Source: Octopus sinensis
Lineage: Eukaryota
Direction: 5' to 3'
DNA length: 10,314 nt
NCBI RefSeq assembly: GCF_006345805.1
Contig: NW_021827437.1
Coordinates: forward strand, 1 to 10,314
The notes under the pieces are model-generated. The model had not been told where the DNA came from. It ran no database searches and saw nothing but the letters and a program-made list of their open reading frames with translations. Positions 7,721-10,314 of this stretch are shown here, piece by piece. Within the stretch, counting starts at the first letter, position 1. Each line of letters opens with the position of its first letter. The translations under genes and the position numbers were made by a program.

Positions 7721-8012
7721 TAAGCACGCCTTGCTTCGCATCGGGAAGGTAACGGGTTCGATCTGACAGAATGGTATCTGGTTAGACACCTCCACCATAG
7801 CACAGGTGACCCCAAGTCTTGTGAGGATAACATCCTGTCGGGTGGATGGTATCTATTACTCAAATATCCATCCTTGTCATTCTCTCACGCTGATTTTACT
7901 TGAGGCATGTCTGCGGAATACTCAACCACTTCGCACGCAAATTTGATCAATAGTAGTTCAATTGATCGAACCACTGGATGCTGATAGGTCGAAATCAACG
8001 AGAGAGTCCACA
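7721..8012 (+). mobile_element. Divergent tRNA-derived SINE: family-A-like head and CORE with an unrelated tail, followed by (TCTA)n
   Basis: TAAGCACGCCTTGCTTCGCA...GGGTTCGATC (B-box-like)...CCACCATAGCACAGGTGACCCCAAGTCTTGTGAG parallels the family-A head and CORE, ending CTACTATAACTCCGGGTCGACCAAAGCCTTGTGAG at 6248-6282. The tail differs from family A. Confidence 0.55.
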
Positions 8013-8057
8013 TCTATCTATCTATCTATCTATCTAGCTATCTATCTGTCTATCTCA

Positions 8058-8116
<59 letters not shown>

Positions 8117-8149
8117 CATCTATCTATCTATCTAGCCATCCATCCATCC

Positions 8150-8205
<56 letters not shown>

Positions 8206-8206
8206 G

Positions 8207-8281
<75 letters not shown>

Positions 8282-8288
8282 GTCTATC
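8013..8288. repeat. Long (TCTA)n tetranucleotide array with (TCCA) and (TCTG) variant blocks
   Basis: Read directly. Confidence 0.98.
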
Positions 8289-8890
8289 ACCTTGACTTTC
8301 TGTGCCGTTCGCTGGTTTTTGAAGAAGAGCTGCGACGCCATTCCATTGTCTGAACCATCATTTTCGGATCATAAAGATATGCCTACGTTTCATCTGTCAC
8401 CAAAACGAGAGAAAAAAATGGAAAACAACAAAAAAAAAATCTTAAAGAAAAAAAACCCCACCTTCGTTGATTTCAAGCTCTTCCGGCAGATCAGATCAGA
8501 TCCGACTTCCATCATTCTCTTCTTGAAATCGAGTGTCAACTGCCGAGGTATCCACTTTGCACGCACTTTCGAACGCCCCAAGTTTTCCATCTTCTGTCAT
8601 GTATTCTTTTCAGCTCTAGGTACACAAGGCCCGAAATTTGGGTGGGGTGGGGTGGGAAAGTAGTTTAGATCGAACCAGTATGCAACTGGTACTTAATTTA
8701 TCGACTTCGAAAGGATGAAAGGCAAAGTCGACCTCGGCGGAATTTGAACTCGGAACGTAAAGGCAGACGAAATACCTCTTCTGTAATGTATTGGGACCAC
8801 TGTTTAGTTGGGCAACAAGTTCATAGATTGTGACTTGTCTCTTCGCACAAATCAACCCAGTCATGCAACGGATATTTGTATCGGTGCTAA
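8289..8890 (-). pseudogene. Fossil mariner (Tc1/mariner superfamily) transposase fragment: second HTH, WVPxxL linker motif and first catalytic Asp region, interrupted by a SINE
   Basis: With 8606-8776 and one TSD removed, the minus strand reads in frame from 8888: STDTNIRCMTGLICAKRQVTIYELVAQLNSGPNTLQKMENLGRSKVRAKWIPRQLTLDFKKRMMEVGSDL. After a T-rich insertion and frameshift it reads FFSR/VTDET*AYLYDPKMMVQTMEWRRSSS (from 8400). This parallels the mariner pattern TDENI..V..LI...RRIT.REL...L.IS...V..IL...LG..KV.ARWVPR.LT and FLSRIVTGDETW...YDPE.K.QS.EW. Confidence 0.85.
8606..8776 (-). mobile_element. Family-B SINE, A-box-less, short-tail variant, with a 16-bp target-site duplication
   Basis: Body matches 2710-2815. 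TSD: TCTTCTGTCATGTATT (8590-8605) and TCTTCTGTAATGTATT (8777-8792), 15/16 identical. Confidence 0.92.
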
Positions 8891-9106
8891 GGCGGCGAGC
8901 TGGCAGAATCGGTTTGCATGCCGGGTGAAATTTCGTCTGCCTTTACGTTCTGAGTTCAAAGCCGAGGTCGACTTTGCCTTTCATCCTTTCAGGATCGATA
9001 AATTAAGTACTAGTTACGCACTGGGGTCGATATAATCGACTTAATCCGTTTGTGTGTCCTTGTTTGTCCTCTCTGTATTTGGCCCCTTGTGCGTAGTAAA
9101 GAAGTA
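8891..9106 (+). mobile_element. Family-B SINE, full length with two small head deletions
   Basis: GGCGGCGAGCTGGCAGAATCGG (A-box-like), GAGTTCAAA (B-box-like); body and tail match 2669-2890. Confidence 0.92.
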
Positions 9107-9294
9107 GGACAAACAAGGACACACAAACGGATTAAGTCGATTATATCGACCCCAGTGCATAACTGGTACTTATTTAATCGACCCCGAAAGGATGAAAAGC
9201 AAAGTTGACCTCGACGGAATTTGAACTCAGAACGTAGCGGCAGTCGAAATACTGTCACGCATTTCGCCCGGCGTGCTAACGATTCTGCCAGCTC
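9106..9294 (-). mobile_element. Family-B SINE, tail-truncated, inverted tail-to-tail against the previous copy
   Basis: Reverse complement reads GAGCTGGCAGAATCGTTAGCACGCCGGGCGAAATGC...GAGTTCAAATTCC...GTCCTTGTTTGTCCT. Confidence 0.92.
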
Positions 9295-10175
9295 TCCCCC
9301 TTCTTTTTTCTTTTAGTAATAATGATAAATGAAACGTGTCTCCCGTGAAGAGGGTAGCATAAAATGTCAACTTGTTAGCTGACAGGAATAAATCGTTGTT
9401 CCCCTCCTATCGACAGCCGAGAGTAGCGTTAGAAGAGAAGGGGTGAGTTTTTTTTCTTCTTAGCTTCTTAGCTTCTTATCAGTGCTAGAACCGAACGAAC
9501 AACGAAGGGCGTATACTGAAGGTCGAATCTTTGCCCCAGCCATGATAGGCTTGATTTTTTTAACAACAAAAACTACAACAACAGCAATAACAATATTAAA
9601 ATCCCGAATAGATAAACGCTGTGTTTTATCAAGGCTTCTTTTCGCCACAGCTGGTTAACAAGAATAACCTGTCACTTTAACTAACGGGTGTAGAAAATGG
9701 GGCTGTCAACCCTTACTTAATCTCCGTACAAAACCTTTTTTTTTACTTTGCTTCTCGGGGGTAGATTTCTTCAAGAATTTTGTCAGTTTGGTAGGGCTTT
9801 GTCGATGTTTTTTTCTTCCTTCTAGTTTCTTCTGCGATCCCCGGCGAACAACTACTATCTCGTGTTTCAACCCCGTTTGATACGAGTTCGCTATCAACTG
9901 ATAAAAAATGGAAAAGTGCGAAACCTATCAGAAGAACCATTCTTGCTTTTCGGCTTTAGTTACACCGATATCCCTCAAACCCAACGTGATATCCTTAATC
10001 ATGCTGATATCCCTAATTGCAAGAGTTATCTTTAAACCATTCTGAGACCGCCAAATCCACCCGAAATTTATATGAGAAGAATGAAAGCTAGTACCAAAGA
10101 CCTTATACTTGGCCTCCTACAAGCCGGTGTCAAGAGACGTTGGTGCGTTCAGTGCATGCTTCTTACAGATGTAAA

Positions 10176-10314
10176 TACTCTTTTACTTGTTTCAGTCATT
10201 TAACTTTGGCCATGCTGGAGCACCACCTTTTAGTTGAGCAAATCGACCCCAGGACTTATTCTTTGTAAGCCTAGTACTTATTCTATCGGTCTCTTTTGCC
10301 GAACCGCTAAGTAC
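10176..10314 (-). mobile_element. Family-A SINE 3' tail with intact end, continuing beyond the window
   Basis: 10255-10311 is near-identical to 592-648. The minus-strand end is ...ATGACTGAAACAAGTAAAAGAGTA. Confidence 0.9.

Noticed and set aside
108-7863. Most ORFs in the supplied track (poly-I/L/N/D, YIYI, HTHT, CVCV, ERER peptides)
   Set aside because: They are stop-free readings of microsatellites or SINE bodies, with no recognisable domain.
8640-8656. G-quadruplex motif GGGTGGGGTGGGGTGGG
   Set aside because: The motif is real but lies in the variable tail of a SINE copy, with no evidence of function.
9417-9442. Possible 26-nt micro-exon (CCCCTCCTATCGACAG|...GG|GTGAGT)
   Set aside because: Splice-like signals are plausible, but there are no partner exons, it is not frame-preserving, and the peptide PRVALEEK is uninformative. 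RNA-seq would be needed.
9295-9450. Continuation of the mariner N-terminus beyond the inverted SINE pair
   Set aside because: No convincing transposase motif (such as SGRP) or terminal inverted repeat is visible on the minus strand.
9826-10035. Stop-free plus-strand frame of 69 codons after a polypyrimidine-TAG, containing three GATATCC motifs
   Set aside because: No ATG, no donor site and no recognisable homology. A frame of this length is expected by chance.
66-10036. 13-mer AGTTATCTTTAAA at 66-78 and 10024-10036
   Set aside because: Flanks do not align, and about one such match is expected by chance in 10 kb of AT-rich DNA.

Overview
AT-rich animal genomic DNA with no credible intact gene. 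The repeat families look to me like octopus (coleoid cephalopod) repeats, so this is probably intronic or intergenic octopus DNA; that is inference from recognition, not a search. The window is a dense mosaic of microsatellites and tRNA-derived SINEs. One CORE-type SINE ('family A') has an internal microsatellite; a second ('family B') has a GGTCGACTTTGCCTTTCATCC body; two other SINE-like pieces are present. A fossil mariner transposase (minus strand, ~8289-8890) regains its reading frame when a SINE with a 16-bp target-site duplication is removed. The most unusual signal is three short non-coding elements embedded in (TA)n/(CATA)n tracts. Each has a minimal hammerhead-ribozyme-like core (CUGNNGA-A-GAGC-loop-GCUC-GAAA-CGU-H), as in Penelope-like element termini, and two form an inverted pair. 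Other notable structures are a 24-bp inverted duplication with twin-priming geometry and an inverted SINE pair with a 53-bp perfect inner arm. Nearly all listed ORFs are microsatellite or SINE artefacts.
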